This document shows, piece after piece, positions 1-13,000 of a DNA stretch of 64,000 bases. The stretch comes from Basidiobolus meristosporus CBS 931.73 (Eukaryota; Fungi; Basidiobolomycota): assembly GCA_002104905.1 (NCBI GenBank), contig MCFE01000070.1, forward strand, positions 62,001 to 126,000, given 5' to 3'. Position 1 is the stretch's first letter, and every line of letters begins with the position of its first letter. Both the position numbers and the translations under genes were made by a program. The notes below the pieces were generated by a model. That model was not told the origin of the DNA and did no database searches. It saw only the letters and a list, made by a program, of their open reading frames with translations.

Positions 1-337
1 AAAAGCCACAGTGTTCCGGTGGTACCAGTGCATTAATTGCAGCATGTATGCATGTATGTAGAGGTTAGTATGCAGGAGCCCATGGTTTTCTTTGGATTTG
101 ATTACTAATATCAAATATTTTGTGATCACTGGCTTGTATTGGCTTAATTTGGATTTCAAAAAGAATGTGTTGTTTGGATCATGGCAAGTGATAGCTATTC
201 AATGCATTGCATCATCTTCTCCTAGGTCTTTTTCTTACAAGGATTACTACTGATGCATATGATAGCAATCTACTTTGCACACCTAAACTACTTCCTTGTT
301 GACTATCATCTTAGGGGCTTGTGTGATTGTAGTCAGT

Positions 338-1013
338 ACACTTGTTACGTGAGATAGTACCACATGGAGTCATGAGTACAAAAGTGTGTCAAGGAGGCCA
401 TGTGGACCTGATTATGGCCACAGAGTGTGAAATGTAGATATTCAACTTCATGCAAAGCAGCTCCTGGTTTTTGCCCATTGAGCTGGAGAAAATTCAATTT
501 TTGACCTTTTTTTGAGAACAATATTGTGCATGATATGTAAGAGCACAGAATGACTGAAAACATGCATTTAGTACTCAATACCAATGGTACTCTAATCTAG
601 CTTCTGTGGCTTATAATATATCACAAAAGTACATGGTACTTACTGGTACTGTACTGTATTGGTTTTACTCTAGGCTGATATTTAAATATAGTGTCATAAA
701 GTGCCATGAATTTTTGTGTCATGTCACATGCCACAGGAGCTAGATTCAGAGTGCCATGGGTATTGAGTACTGGATGCACTTTATCAATCCTTCTGTCCTC
801 TTGCAAATTATGCACATCATTCAACCCAAAAAAAAAGTCAAAAAATGGATTTTCTGCCACAAAATTGGTGAATACAGGGGCTGCTTTGCATGAAGATGAA
901 TAACTATTCTTCAAAATCAATGGCCAAGTATAAGTCCATTTGGTCTCCCTGGTGCACTGTGGTATTATTTGGCACTGATTAACTAATGTGGCAATATCCA
1001 ATAGAGTAAGTCT
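338..1013. mobile_element. Fold-back MITE (family M), non-autonomous DNA transposon with ~300-bp imperfect inverted arms
   Basis: Left end ACACTTGTTACG..GATAGTAC (338) and right end CCAATAGAGTAAGTCT (1013) are inverted-repeat related. AGT flanks both sides (335-337, 1014-1016). The arm at ~400-645 is the reverse complement of ~703-960 (e.g. GTACTCAATACCAATGGTACTCT vs AGAGTGCCATGGGTATTGAGTAC). Confidence 0.75.
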
Positions 1014-4000
1014 AGTAGTTTACCACTTAGTTGATGAGTGCACTGCCAGAGCATGGTCAGGTGAAACAGCAAGTGCATATGCAGCTTCATGCATTGGCAT
1101 GACCCCTGGCTAAGTTTCATGCATTGCTACTTGTCAATGTAACTTGGGACACTCAAATGAACCTGTGTCTAATCAGACAATTTTGCAAATTCTTGTACCA
1201 TTGTTCTGAACCACACATGTTGACCTGAAGTGTAGTGCTCTTGCAAAGAGTGGTGAAGTAGACTAGACTGAAATGTGCAGCCATGCTGGCATTGTAGGGG
1301 ATAGTAAGGAATCCAATGGGGTGTACCAGTACAATATAGACACAGTTGCCTACAGTCTCTATTCTTCCTCTTGAAGCTCATCTTCTGATTCCGCAAGGTA
1401 TTCACCTACCCTCTGTCAGATACTTTGAAACTGGCACCTTGATGAGTCCTGTGTTTATTGCTCTTGGAAGTCACTTAACTCTACTAATATATCATGCAGT
1501 ACATTAGAAATCTCCTTGATCCCCAAAGTTGAGGCATACACAGATGCATCCAGTCTGTACTGTTCAAATTGAGCACAAAATTTCCTGTGCACAGCTTCCT
1601 CATTAATTCCCATCTCTCTCAGCACACTCTTGGTTGCAATACTTGTCTTGTTAAATATCTTCCCAAAAACATCTGCTAGCATCTTGATGTTGAACTCCAG
1701 CCACTGCTTGCTAATCTAGTTCTCCCATCTTTGTCAGATCTCTGAGGTATCCAGTTTGGCTAGATTACCAAGTATTGCCAAATATCTGTATGAAGGCTCA
1801 TTATAGACACTTGGTCTTTACTATCATCATTTGGCAAGAACTTGCATGGATCCAACATTGTTTTCTCCAGTTTGAACTGTGCTAGTGAGCTGCAGTATGG
1901 GTTTTGTCTATGTAGTACTGAAGATGCTGAAATACTGGACTATTTGGTATCATTCTGCAGCTAAAAGTTAACTTAACAGTTCTGGACTAGTCTTGGTCAC
2001 TGTGGGACTAATTTACAGCTCTAACCTCACCACTTTCTCCAGATCTCTGATCTATGATTATTTCCCTATAGTCAGGATCAAATTAGCACTAATACTAACT
2101 GTTACGTACTAACCCTGAAACTGTAGCTGTATGCTCCTGCATATTGAGAAACCCTCCTTACTTATTGTTACAGCTGTATTACTTCTACAAAGGTATAAAT
2201 ACTGAGCTTCTTTATTAATAAACAACAGTTCAACTATTATCACTATTTCTTGATTAGTTCCTTATATCCAAGTCACTTCTTAAATTGTAACAGGTTATGA
2301 GCCCCAATTGCCTTAATCTATTCTAAAGATGACTTTTACCAGCAAACAGAACAGCACAAACATCTTCCCTGTAGAGGAGAGGTTTGATAGAAAGAACTAC
2401 AGACTTTGGAGAATCAAGATGCAGATCCACCTTGAGGAAAGGAAGCTTTGGAATATTATAACAGGAAAAGAAGTTGAGCAATTTTCCATTTTGAAGCATC
2501 TAAGAATGTCCCTGATCTACTTAGACTGACTCAGCTCAGTTCTCTGAGTAGGTATGTCAAATTTACCTTAATTCCAAGAATATAGCTCAATTTTCCAGGA
2601 TCTTTCATCTCAAACTTGCTGAAGAGATCTGATTTCATCGGCATAAGTGCCTCTTTGTCACTTGAAGCTATATTTAGGTTGTCCACATCATGAACTAGGA
2701 TGATCACACCCTTTTTGAGCTGTTTTGCATATATACTGTGATCTGCAGTGCTAAAAGAGAACCCAATTTCTTCTAGATATGTGCAAATCTTGTTATACTA
2801 CACTCTAGGTGCCTGCTTAAGCCCATACAGTGATTTTCTAAGTTTGCACACCTTATGGGGTACTTTTGGATTGGTAAAGCCTTCTGGTTGCTTCATATAT
2901 ATAGTTTCTTGCAAATCCCCACTTAGAAAGGCTATTTTGACGTCCATTTGGTGTAGATTTAGACTGTGTACAGCTGCCAGGGCTAGAACTGTCCTAATGG
3001 AGTTAAACTTGGCAACCAGAGCAAATGTTTCTTTAAAGTCTAGTCCCTGCATCTGGGAATAGCATTTAGCCACCAATCTAGCTGTGTACTTGTAAAATGG
3101 CACTATTTGAGGCTATCTTGATCTTACAGACCCATCTACATCATATTGGCTTTCTCCCATTTGGTTAATCTACCAGTTCCCATGTTTTTGACTTGATCAG
3201 TGATTGGTACTCCTCCTGCATGGCTTGTTGCCACATAGTAGCATCTGGACTTTGCATTGCCTGTTCCAGATTCTGAGGTTTGGCACATAGGCAAGATAAG
3301 CTTCTTCATGCTGATTGGATGTCTGCCACCAGGATCCAGGGGCATTTCTTATTCTGGTAGATCTCCTTACTGGGATAAGCTGTTCTGATCTGGAACTGGT
3401 AGAAGTATCTACCATATCTGGCTGGATTTGGTACGTATCTTCTTTATTAGTGTTGATTGCATCATCAGGCAGCTGGCCAATGATTTCTGTGTCTTTCTGA
3501 TCTGAATTCTCCTCAAATACAATGTCCCTGCTCTTGATCAGCTTCTGAATTTTGCCATCATACACTCTATACCCTTTAACATCTTCACAATACCCAAGAA
3601 ATATCCCTTTCCTACTGTTTGGTTCAAACTTTGAGCATTTTTTGTAAGGGATATGATAAGGAACATCTTTGCTGAAGATCTTGAGGTGCTGGAGATATGG
3701 TTTTTTGCCTGTATATGCTTCAAGGAGTGTAAAATCACAAAGTGCTGTTGTTGGGCATCTGTTCCTGATGTATACAGTGGTAGCAACAGATTCAGCCCAA
3801 AACTCTTGTCCATTCCATTATCATGCAGCATAGATCTTCCCATCATTACTATTGTTCAATTTGCATGTTCTGCTGCTCCATTTTGCTGTAGAGTATGAGG
3901 AACTGTGGTCTGCTGAAGTATACCAGTAGACAAGCAGTATTTTGCAAACTCCTTTGAGCAGTATTTTCCTCCATTGTCACTTTGTAGTACCTTCAATTTA

Positions 4001-6136
4001 CACCAGTTTGGGTTTTTGCCATGTTCTTGAAGTACTTCAATGTCTCTAAAGCATCATCCTTTGTTTGAGGAAGTACACCCCTGTATATCTTGTTTTGTCA
4101 TCAATAAACGTCATAAAGTATCTCTTGGCTCCAAAGAACAGTGTTCTCATGGGGCCACGTATGTCTGAGTGTACAATAGCCAATATTTTGGTGGTATTTT
4201 TGACTTCTGAGCTCTTGAAATGTTGCCTAGTTTATTTGCCATATGAACATCCCTTACAAACATTCAATATTATTGGAATTGAGTATTTTAGGCCCAAAAC
4301 AAGCTGATTTTTTACCAACTGGCTCATTTTCTGTTCCCCAATGTGTCCTAGCTTCCTATACCACATCTCCCAGTTGATTTCATCAGATTCAGCAAATGTT
4401 GACACACTCAGGTACAATGATCTTGCATTGTAACTTGCATATATTGTGGTCTCTGATTCCCAAAGCAAATTTTTGTCCATTCTCACTCAATAGTTAGGAG
4501 CTCATCTTAGTAAAAACAAATTTCAGTCCCTAAGCAGTTGCTTTACTGACTGAGAGTAAGTTCTTAGCTATTCCAGGTACATAGAGTTTGTCAGTGAGTC
4601 ATGATGCAGTTACCCCTGAGCTATTGCTCATATTTAGTTGTATAGACCCACTTGCAATAGCTTCCAGAGCAAAGTTATCTCCCAGATAAACATTTCTTAC
4701 AGGAATAATTTTTAAGTTGCTGACCCACTCCTTTATACCACAAGTATGCTGTGAACACTCCAGAGTCAATATACCATTCATTACTTTGGTCACCTGCACT
4801 CTCTTTTATGGTTACAAATAACTGTTCCTCAGTAGTTGTATGGTTTGCCTGCTCTAGTTTCTGTTTTTTGACTGCTTGTTTCTTCTTACATTCTCTTGCC
4901 CAGTGTCCCGGCTTTTTACAATAGTTGCAGCAACCAGGTTTTCTTTGGTTTTGTTGTTTTCCCTTCTTTTCTGAGTGCCTTTCTGAACTGAATAAAGCAT
5001 TATCTTCAATATTCTCTGCTTGATCATTAAGTCTGAGTTCTTCATGGAGAAGTCTTCCTTTGACATAGTCTAAAGCCAAGTTGTCTTCTCTGCTTTCAAA
5101 AGAAAGTATGAGTAGCTCATACTTGTCTGGTAGGCTGCAAAGCAAACAGAGTATTTTTTCTTTATTATCTAAACCAGCACTAATACTGTAAAGTTCTTCT
5201 GCAAGTGTCTCCATTTTGGTAATGAGTTGTAGCATGTCATCATCTGGCTTCTTTCCTCATGTTGAAGAACTTTTGTTTCAAATAAAGCTTGCTTGATACT
5301 GACTTTGCCCTAAAGATCTTCTCTAAGGATTCCCATGCTGCTTTGGCAGTATTTGAGGTATGGATTTGTCCAATGAAGGAATCTTGCACATTGATACATA
5401 TGGCATCAAAGGCCTTGCTCTCCTTCTCTTGAAACTTCTTCATTTCTTCTGCTATTTGTTTGGGCTCAACTTCTTTTCCTGTTACTATATTCCAAAGCTT
5501 CCATTCCTCAAGGTGGATCTGCATTTTGATTCTCCAAAGTGTGTAGCTCTTTCCATCAAGCCTCTCCTTTACAGGAAAGATGTTTGTGTTGTTCTGTTTG
5601 CTGGTAGAAGTTATCTTTAGAGTAGATTGAGGCAATCAGGGCTCATAACTTGCTGCAATTTTAGAAGTGATTTGGATATAAGAAACTAATCAAGAAATAG
5701 TGATAATAGTTGAACTGTTGTTTATTAATAAAGAAGCTCAGTATTTATACCTTTGTAGAAGTAATACTGTTGAAATATTGGACTATTTGGTATCATTCAG
5801 CAGCTAAAAATTTACTTAACAATTCTAGGATAGTCTTAGTCACTGTAGGACTCATTTACTGCCTTAACTTTGCCACTTTCTCCAGATATATGATCTTATG
5901 ATTATTCCCCTATAGTCAGGATCAAATTAGCACTATTACCAAACATTATGTACTAACCCTGAAACTGTTACAGAATGCTCCTAAATATTGAGAAACCCTC
6001 CCTACTTAGTGTTGCAGCTGTATTACTTCTACAAAGGTATAAATACTGAGCTTCTTTATGAATAAACAACAGTTCAACTATTATCACTATTTCTTGATAA
6101 GTTCCTTATATCCAAATCACTTCTTAAATTGCAACA

Positions 6137-6148
6137 GGTTATGAGCCC
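6137..6148 (+). other. Primer-binding site complementary to the anticodon arm of initiator tRNA-Met
   Basis: GGTTATGAGCCC lies directly after the 5' LTR. It is the reverse complement of GGGCUCAUAACC in fungal tRNAiMet (Ty5/copia half-tRNA priming). The same motif occurs at 2293-2304 and on the minus strand at 38830-38841. Confidence 0.88.
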
Positions 6149-6172
6149 CGATTGCCTTAATCTATTCTAAAG

Positions 6173-9100
6173 ATGACTTCTACCAGCAAACAAAGCAATA
6201 CCAACATCTTCCCTGTAAAGGAGAGGTTTGATGGGAAGAACTACAGACTTTGGAGAATCAAGATGCAGATCCACCTTGAGGAAAGAAAGCTTTGGAACAT
6301 AGTAACAGGAAAGGAAGTTGAGCCCAAAGGAACAGCAGAAGATGTGGAGAAGTTTCAAGAGAAGGAGAGAAAGGCCTTCAATGCAATATGCATCAATGTG
6401 CAAGACTCCTTCATTGGACAAATCCATGCCTCAAATACTGCCAAAGCAGCATGGGAATCCTTAGAGAAGATCTTTAGAGCAAAGTCAGTATCAAGCAAGC
6501 TTTATTTGAAACGAAAGTTCTTCAACATGAGAAAAAAGCCAGATGATGACATGCTACAACTCATTACCAGAATGGAGACACTTGCAGAAGAACTTTACAG
6601 TATTAATGCTGGTGTAAATGATGAAGAAAAGATACTCTGTCTGCTTTGCAGCCTACCAGACGAGTATGAGCCACTCATACTTTCTTTTGAAAGCAGAGAA
6701 GACAACTTGGCTTTAGACTATGTCAAAGGAAGACTTCTCCATGAAGAACTCAGACGTAATGATCAAGCAGAGAAAATTGAAGATAATGCTTTATTCAGCT
6801 CAGAAAGGCATACAGAAAAGAAGGGAAAGTAACAAAACCGAAGAAAACCTGGCTGCTGTAACTACTGTAAGAAGCCAGGACACTGGGCAAGAGAATGCAA
6901 GAAGAAACAAGCAGACAAAAAACAGAAACTAGAGCAGGCAAACCATATAACTACTGATGAACAGCTATTTGTCACTGTACAAGAGAGTGCAAGTAACCGA
7001 AGTAATGAATGGTATATTGACTCTGGAGCATCACAGCATATTTGTGGTATAAAGGATTGGTTCAGCAACTTAAAGACTATTCCCGTAAGAAAGGTTTATC
7101 TGGGAGATAACTCTGCATTGGAAGCTACCGCCAGTGGGTCTATACAACTAAATATGAGTGAAAACTCAGGGGCAACAACAGCAAAACTGACTGACATACT
7201 CTATGTACCTGGAATAGCTAAGAACCTACTCTCAGTCAGTAAAGCAACTACTCAGGGACTGAAATTTGTTTTTACTAAGCTGAGCTGCTCAATATTGAGT
7301 GAAAATGGACAAAAATTAGCTTTGGGAATCAGAGATCACAATATATACAAGTTACAATGCAAGATCATTGTACCTGAGTATGTCAACATTGCTGAAACTG
7401 ATGAAACCAACTGGGAGACGTGGCATAGGAGGCTAGGACACATAGGGGAACAGAAAATGAGCCAATTGGTGAAAAATCAGCTTGTTTTGGGCCTAAAATA
7501 CTCAATTCCGATCAAATTGAATGTTTGTAAGGGATGTTCATATGGCAAACAAGCTAGGCAACGTTTCAAGAGCTCAGAAGGCATCAATACCACCAAAATA
7601 TTGGCTATTGTACACTCAGACATATGTGGCCCCATGAGAACACTGTCCTTTGGAGCCAAGAGATACTTTATGACGTTTATTGATGACAAGACAAGATATA
7701 CATGGGTGTACTTCCTCAAAACAAAGGATGAAGCTTTAGAGACGTTTAAGCACTTCAAGAACATGGCAGAAACACAAACTGGGTGTAAATTGAAGGTACT
7801 ACAAAGTGACAATGGAGGAGAATACTGCTCAAAGGAGTTTGCAAAATACTGCTTGTCTACTGGTATACTTCAACAGACCACAGTTCCTCATACTCCACAG
7901 CAAAATGGAGTAGCAGAACGTGCAAACAGAACAATAGTAGAGATGGGAAGATCTATGCTACATGATAAGGGAATGGACTACAAGTTTTGGGCTGAATCTG
8001 TTGCTACCGCTGTATACATCAAGAACAGATGCCCAACAACAGCACTACGTGATTCTACACCCTTTGAAGCATATACAGGCAAAAAACCAGATCTCCAGCA
8101 CCTCAGGATCTTTGGCAGTGATGTTTTTTATCACATCCCTGACAAAAAACGCTCAAAGCTGGAACCAAAGAGTAGAAAAGGGATCATTCTTGGGTGTTGT
8201 GAAGATACTAAAGGGTATAGAGTGTATGATGGCAAAATTCAGAAGCTGATCAAGAGCAGGGACGTTGTATTTGAGGAAAATTCAGATCAGAAAGCCACAG
8301 AAATCATTGGCCAGCTGCCTGATGATGCAATCAACACAAATGAAGAAGATACGTACCAAATCCAGCCAGATATGGAAGATACTTCTACCAGTTCCAGATC
8401 AGAACAGTTTATCCCAGTTAGGAGATTTACCAGAATAAGAAATGCCCCTGGATCCTGGTGGCAGACATCCAATGATCACAAAGAAGCTTACCTTGCCTTA
8501 TGTGCCAAACCTCAGAATCTGGAACAGGCAATGCAAGGTCCAGATGCTACTATGTGGCAACAAGCCATGCAGGAGGAGTACCAATCACTGATCAAGGTAA
8601 AAACGTGGGAACTGGTAGATTTACCAAATGGGAGAAAGCCAATAGGATGTAGATGGGTCTACAAGATCAAGATAACCTCAAATGGTGCCGTTGATAAGTA
8701 CAAGGCTAGATTGGTAGCTAAAGGCTATTCCCAGATCCAGGGACTAGACTTTAAGGAAACATTTGCTCCGGTTGCCAAGTTTAACTCTATTAGGACAGTT
8801 CTAGCCCTGGCAGCTGTACACAGTCTAGATCTACACCAAATGGACGTCAAAACAGCCTTTCTAAATGGGGATTTGCAAGAAACTATATATATGGAGCAAC
8901 CAGAAGGTTTTACCGATCCAAAAAGCCCCCATAAGGTGTGCAAACTTAGAAAATCGTTGTATGGGCTTAAGCAGGCACCCAGAGCATGGTATAACAAGAT
9001 TGACACATATCTAGAGGAAATTGGGTTCTCTCGTAGCACTGCAGATCACAGTATATATGTGAAACAGCTCAAAAAGGGTGTGGTCATCCTAGTTCTTTAT

Positions 9101-10090
9101 GTGGACGACCTAATTATAGCTACAAGTGATCAAGAGGCACTTAAACAGACGAAATCAGATCTCTTCAGCAAGTTTGAGATGAAAGATCTTGGAAAATTGA
9201 GCTATTTTCTTGGAATTGAGGTCAAATTTGACATACCTACGCAGAAAATTGTGCTGAATCAGTCTAAGTACATCAGGGACATTCTTAGACGCTTCAAGAT
9301 GGAAAATTGCAAACCTGCAGCAACCCCTAAGGACAATAACCTGAAATTAAGCAAATCTCAGCCAGTTATAGATGAAAACGGCTCAAATATGGACCAAAAC
9401 TTTCCCTATCAATCAATGGTTGGTAGCCTAATGTACTTGATGGTGTCTACACGTCCAGATATTGCAGTAGCAGTTGGAATAGTCAGTCAATTCATGCAGA
9501 ATTATGGATCAGATCAAATTGCAGCAGTTAAGCGGATTTTCAGATATCTACAAGGTACCATAAATATGGTACTGGAATACTCTGGAGCAGCAAATAGGCG
9601 AAAATTTGATGGTTATAGTGATTCAGATTGGGGTAGGGATTTGATTGACAGACGCTCTACCACAGGCTATGTATTTCTTTATGCTGGTGCAGCTATTACT
9701 TGGAATTGCAAGAAACAACCAACTGTGGCACTATCTACAACTGAAGCCGAATATATGGCTGCATGTCAAGCAACTAAGGAGGCTATATGGCTACGAAAAT
9801 TATTCAAAGACTTAGGTTTTAATTCAGGTGAACCAACATGTATTTACAAGGATAATCAAAGTTGTATTTCATTAGCTAGAAATCCTACTAATCATGCCAG
9901 AACTAAGCACATTGATATACAGCATCACTTTGTGAGGGAAGCTGTAGAAAATAACTTAGTGGAGCTGGTTTACTGCCCAACTGACAAAATGGTGGCAGAC
10001 ATATTGACAAAACCACTAGCTAGGCCACAGTTTGAGATCCTTAGAGAGAAATTGGGATTGAGAAATTATTTAGTTGAGGGGGAGTGTTGA
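6173..10090 (+). pseudogene. Copia gag-pol polyprotein of A3, single frame with one nonsense codon (TAA 6830-6832)
   Basis: ORFs 6173-6832 and 7118-10090 are in the same frame; the intervening sequence reads through the CCHC knuckle and protease (WYIDSGASQH). Integrase HHCC/DDE (VHSDICGP, SDNGGEY, NGVAERANR), RT (YVDDL) and RNaseH (YSDSDW) motifs are present. The paralogous codon in A2 is CAA. Confidence 0.92.
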
Positions 10091-13000
10091 AATATTGGAC
10101 TATTTGGTATCATTCAGCAGCTAAAAATTTACTTAACAATTCTAGGATAGTCTTAGTCACTGTAGGACTCATTTACTGCCTTAACTTTGCCACTTTCTCC
10201 AGATATATGATCTTATGATTATTCCCCTATAGTCAGGATCAAATTAGCACTATTACCAAACATTATGTACTAACCCTGAAACTGTACAGAATGCTCCTAA
10301 ATATTGAGAAACCCTCCCTACTTAGTGTTGCAGCTGTATTACTTCTACAAAGGTATAAATACTGAGCTTCTTTATGAATAAACAACAGTTCAACTATTAT
10401 CACTATTTCTTGATAAGTTCCTTATATCCAAATCACTTCTTAAATTGCAACAAATACAGCTGTAACACTAAGTAAGGTGGGTTTCTCAATCTTCAGGAGC
10501 ATTCTGTAACAGTTTCAGGGTTAATGCGTAATAGTTAGTATTAATGCTAATTTGATCCTGACTATGGGGGAATTATCATAAGATCATATATCTGAAGAAA
10601 GTGGCAAAGTTAGAGCTGTAATTAGTCCCACAGTCACCAAGACTAGTCCAGAACTGTTAAGTAAACTTTTAGCTGCAGAATGATACCAAATAGCTCAATA
10701 TTTCAACAGAAACAAGCAGACAAAAAACAGAAACTAGAGCAGGCAAACCATATAACTACCAATGAACAGTTATTTGTAACCATACAAGAGAGTGCAAGTA
10801 ACCAAAGTAATGAATGGTATATTGACTCTGGAGCCTCACAGCATATTTGTGGTATAAAGGAGTGGTTCAGGAACTTAAAGACTATTCCCGTGAGTGAGGT
10901 TTATCTGGGAGATAACTCTGCTCTGGAAGCTACTGCAAGTGGGTCTATACAGCTAAATATGAGTGATAGCTCAGGGGCAACAACAGCAAGACTCACTGAC
11001 ATACTCTGTGTACCTGGAATAGCAAGAACCTACTTTCAGTCAGCAAAGCAGCTGCTCAGGGACTGAAGTTTGTTTTTACTAAAATAAGCTGCTCAATATT
11101 GAGTGAGAATGAGCAAAAATTAGCTTTGTGAATCAGAGAACACAATATATACAAGTCACAATACAAGATCATGGTACCTGAGTATGTCAACATTGCAGAA
11201 ACTGATGAAACTAACTGGCAGACGTAGCATAGGAGGCTAGGACACATTGGGTAACAGAAAATAAGCCAATTGGTAAAAATCAGCTTCTTTTGGGCCTAAA
11301 ACACTCAATTCTGATCAAATTGAATGCTTGTAAGCAATGTTCATATGGCATAAAAGCTACGCAACGTTTCACAAGCTCAGAAGGCATCAATACCACCAAA
11401 ACATGGCTATTGTACACTCAGACATATGTGGCTTCATGAGAACACTGTCCTTTGGAGCCAAGAGATACTCTATGAACTTTGTTGATGACAAAACAAGATA
11501 TACTTGGGTGTACTTCCTCAAAACAAAGAACCAAGCTTTAGAGATGTTTAAGTACCTGAAGAACATGGCAAAAACACAAACTGGGTATAAATTGAAGGTG
11601 CTACAATGTGACAATGGAGGAGAATACTGTTCAAAGGAGCTGGCAAAATACTGCTTGTCTACTGATATACTTCATCAGACCACAGTTCCTCATTGATCAT
11701 GGCAAAATGGAGTAGCAGAATGTACAAATAGATCAATAGTAGAGATAGGAAGATCTATGCTACATGATAGGGGAGTGGATTACAAGTTTTGGGCTGAAGC
11801 TGTTGCGACCACAGTACACATCAAGAACAGATGCCCAACAACAGTGCTGGGTGATTCTACACACTTTGAAGCATATACAGGCAAAAAAACCAGATCTCCA
11901 GCACCTCAAGATCTTCAGCAGTGATGTTTCTGATCATATCCCTTACAATAAACGCTCAAAGTTTGAACCAAAGAGTAGGAAAGGGATATTTCTTGGGTAT
12001 TGTGAAGATGTTAAAGGGTAAAGAGTGTATGATGGCAAAATTCAGAAGCTGATCAAGAGCAGGGACATTGTATTTGAGGAGAATTCAGATCTGAAAGACA
12101 CAGAAATCATTGGCCAGCTGCCTGATGATGCAATCAACACTAATAAAGAAAATATGTACCAGATCCAGCCAGATATGGAAGATACTTCTACCAGTTCCAG
12201 ATCAGAACAGTTTATCCCAGTTAGGAGATTTACCAGAATAAGAAATGCCCCTGGATCCTGGTGGCAGACATCCAATGATCACAAAGAAGCTTATCTTGCC
12301 TTATGTGCCAAACCTCAGAATCTGGAACAGGCAATGCAAAGTCCTGATGCCACTGTGTGGCAACAAGCCATGCAGGAGGAGTACCAATCACTGATCAAGG
12401 CAAACGTGGGAACTGGTAGATTTAGCAAATTGGAAAATGCCAATAAGATGTAGATGGGTTTACAAGAACAAGATAACCTCATTTGGTGCCATTTCATAAG
12501 TACAAGGCTATATTGGTGGCTAAAGGCTATTCCAATATCCAGGGACTAGGCTTAAAGCAAACATTTACTACAATTGCCAAGTTTAACTCCATTAGGACAG
12601 TGCTAGCCCTGGCAGCTGTACACAGTGTAGATCTACACCAAATGGACGTCAATATAGCCTTTCTAAATAGGTATTTGCAAGACAATATGTATATGGAGCA
12701 ATCAGAAGGCTTTACCAATCCAAAAGACCCTCATAAGGTGTGTAAACTTAGATAATCAATGTATGGGCTTAAGCAGGCACCTCAAGCATGATATAACAAG
12801 ATTGAAATATATAAAGAGAAAATTGGGCTCTCTTGTAGCACTGCAGATCACAGTATATATGTGAGACAGCTCAAAAAGGGTATGATCATCCTAGTTATTT
12901 ATGTGGATGGCCTAATTATACCTACAAGTGACCCAGAGGCACTTAAAGAGACTAAATCAGAACTCTTCAACAAGTTTGAGATGAATGATCTTGGAAAATT

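Larger units (their letters stand above)
5768..10452 (+). mobile_element. Ty1/copia family A, near-intact young copy A3
   Basis: LTRs 5768-6136 and 10085-10452 (TG..CA) look identical by eye except for a 1-bp indel. TSD AATAC at 5763-5767 and 10453-10457, PBS 6137-6148, PPT 10076-10084. Domain order gag-PR-INT-RT-RH. Confidence 0.97.
2479..10708 (-). mobile_element. Ty1/copia family A, middle copy A2 (antisense, 3'-truncated, 5' LTR split by A3)
   Basis: Minus-strand gag (5240-5635), CCHC knuckle CNYCKKPGHWAREC (4675-5235), integrase and RT fragments down to ~2479. The 5' LTR is in two pieces, 5651-5767 and 10453-10708, with a degenerate PBS at ~5640-5650. Confidence 0.9.

Noticed and set aside
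6830-6832. Programmed gag-pol readthrough as the main interpretation
   Set aside because: The paralogous copy has CAA and the context is not CARYYA, so a nonsense mutation is more parsimonious (kept only as a low-score finding).
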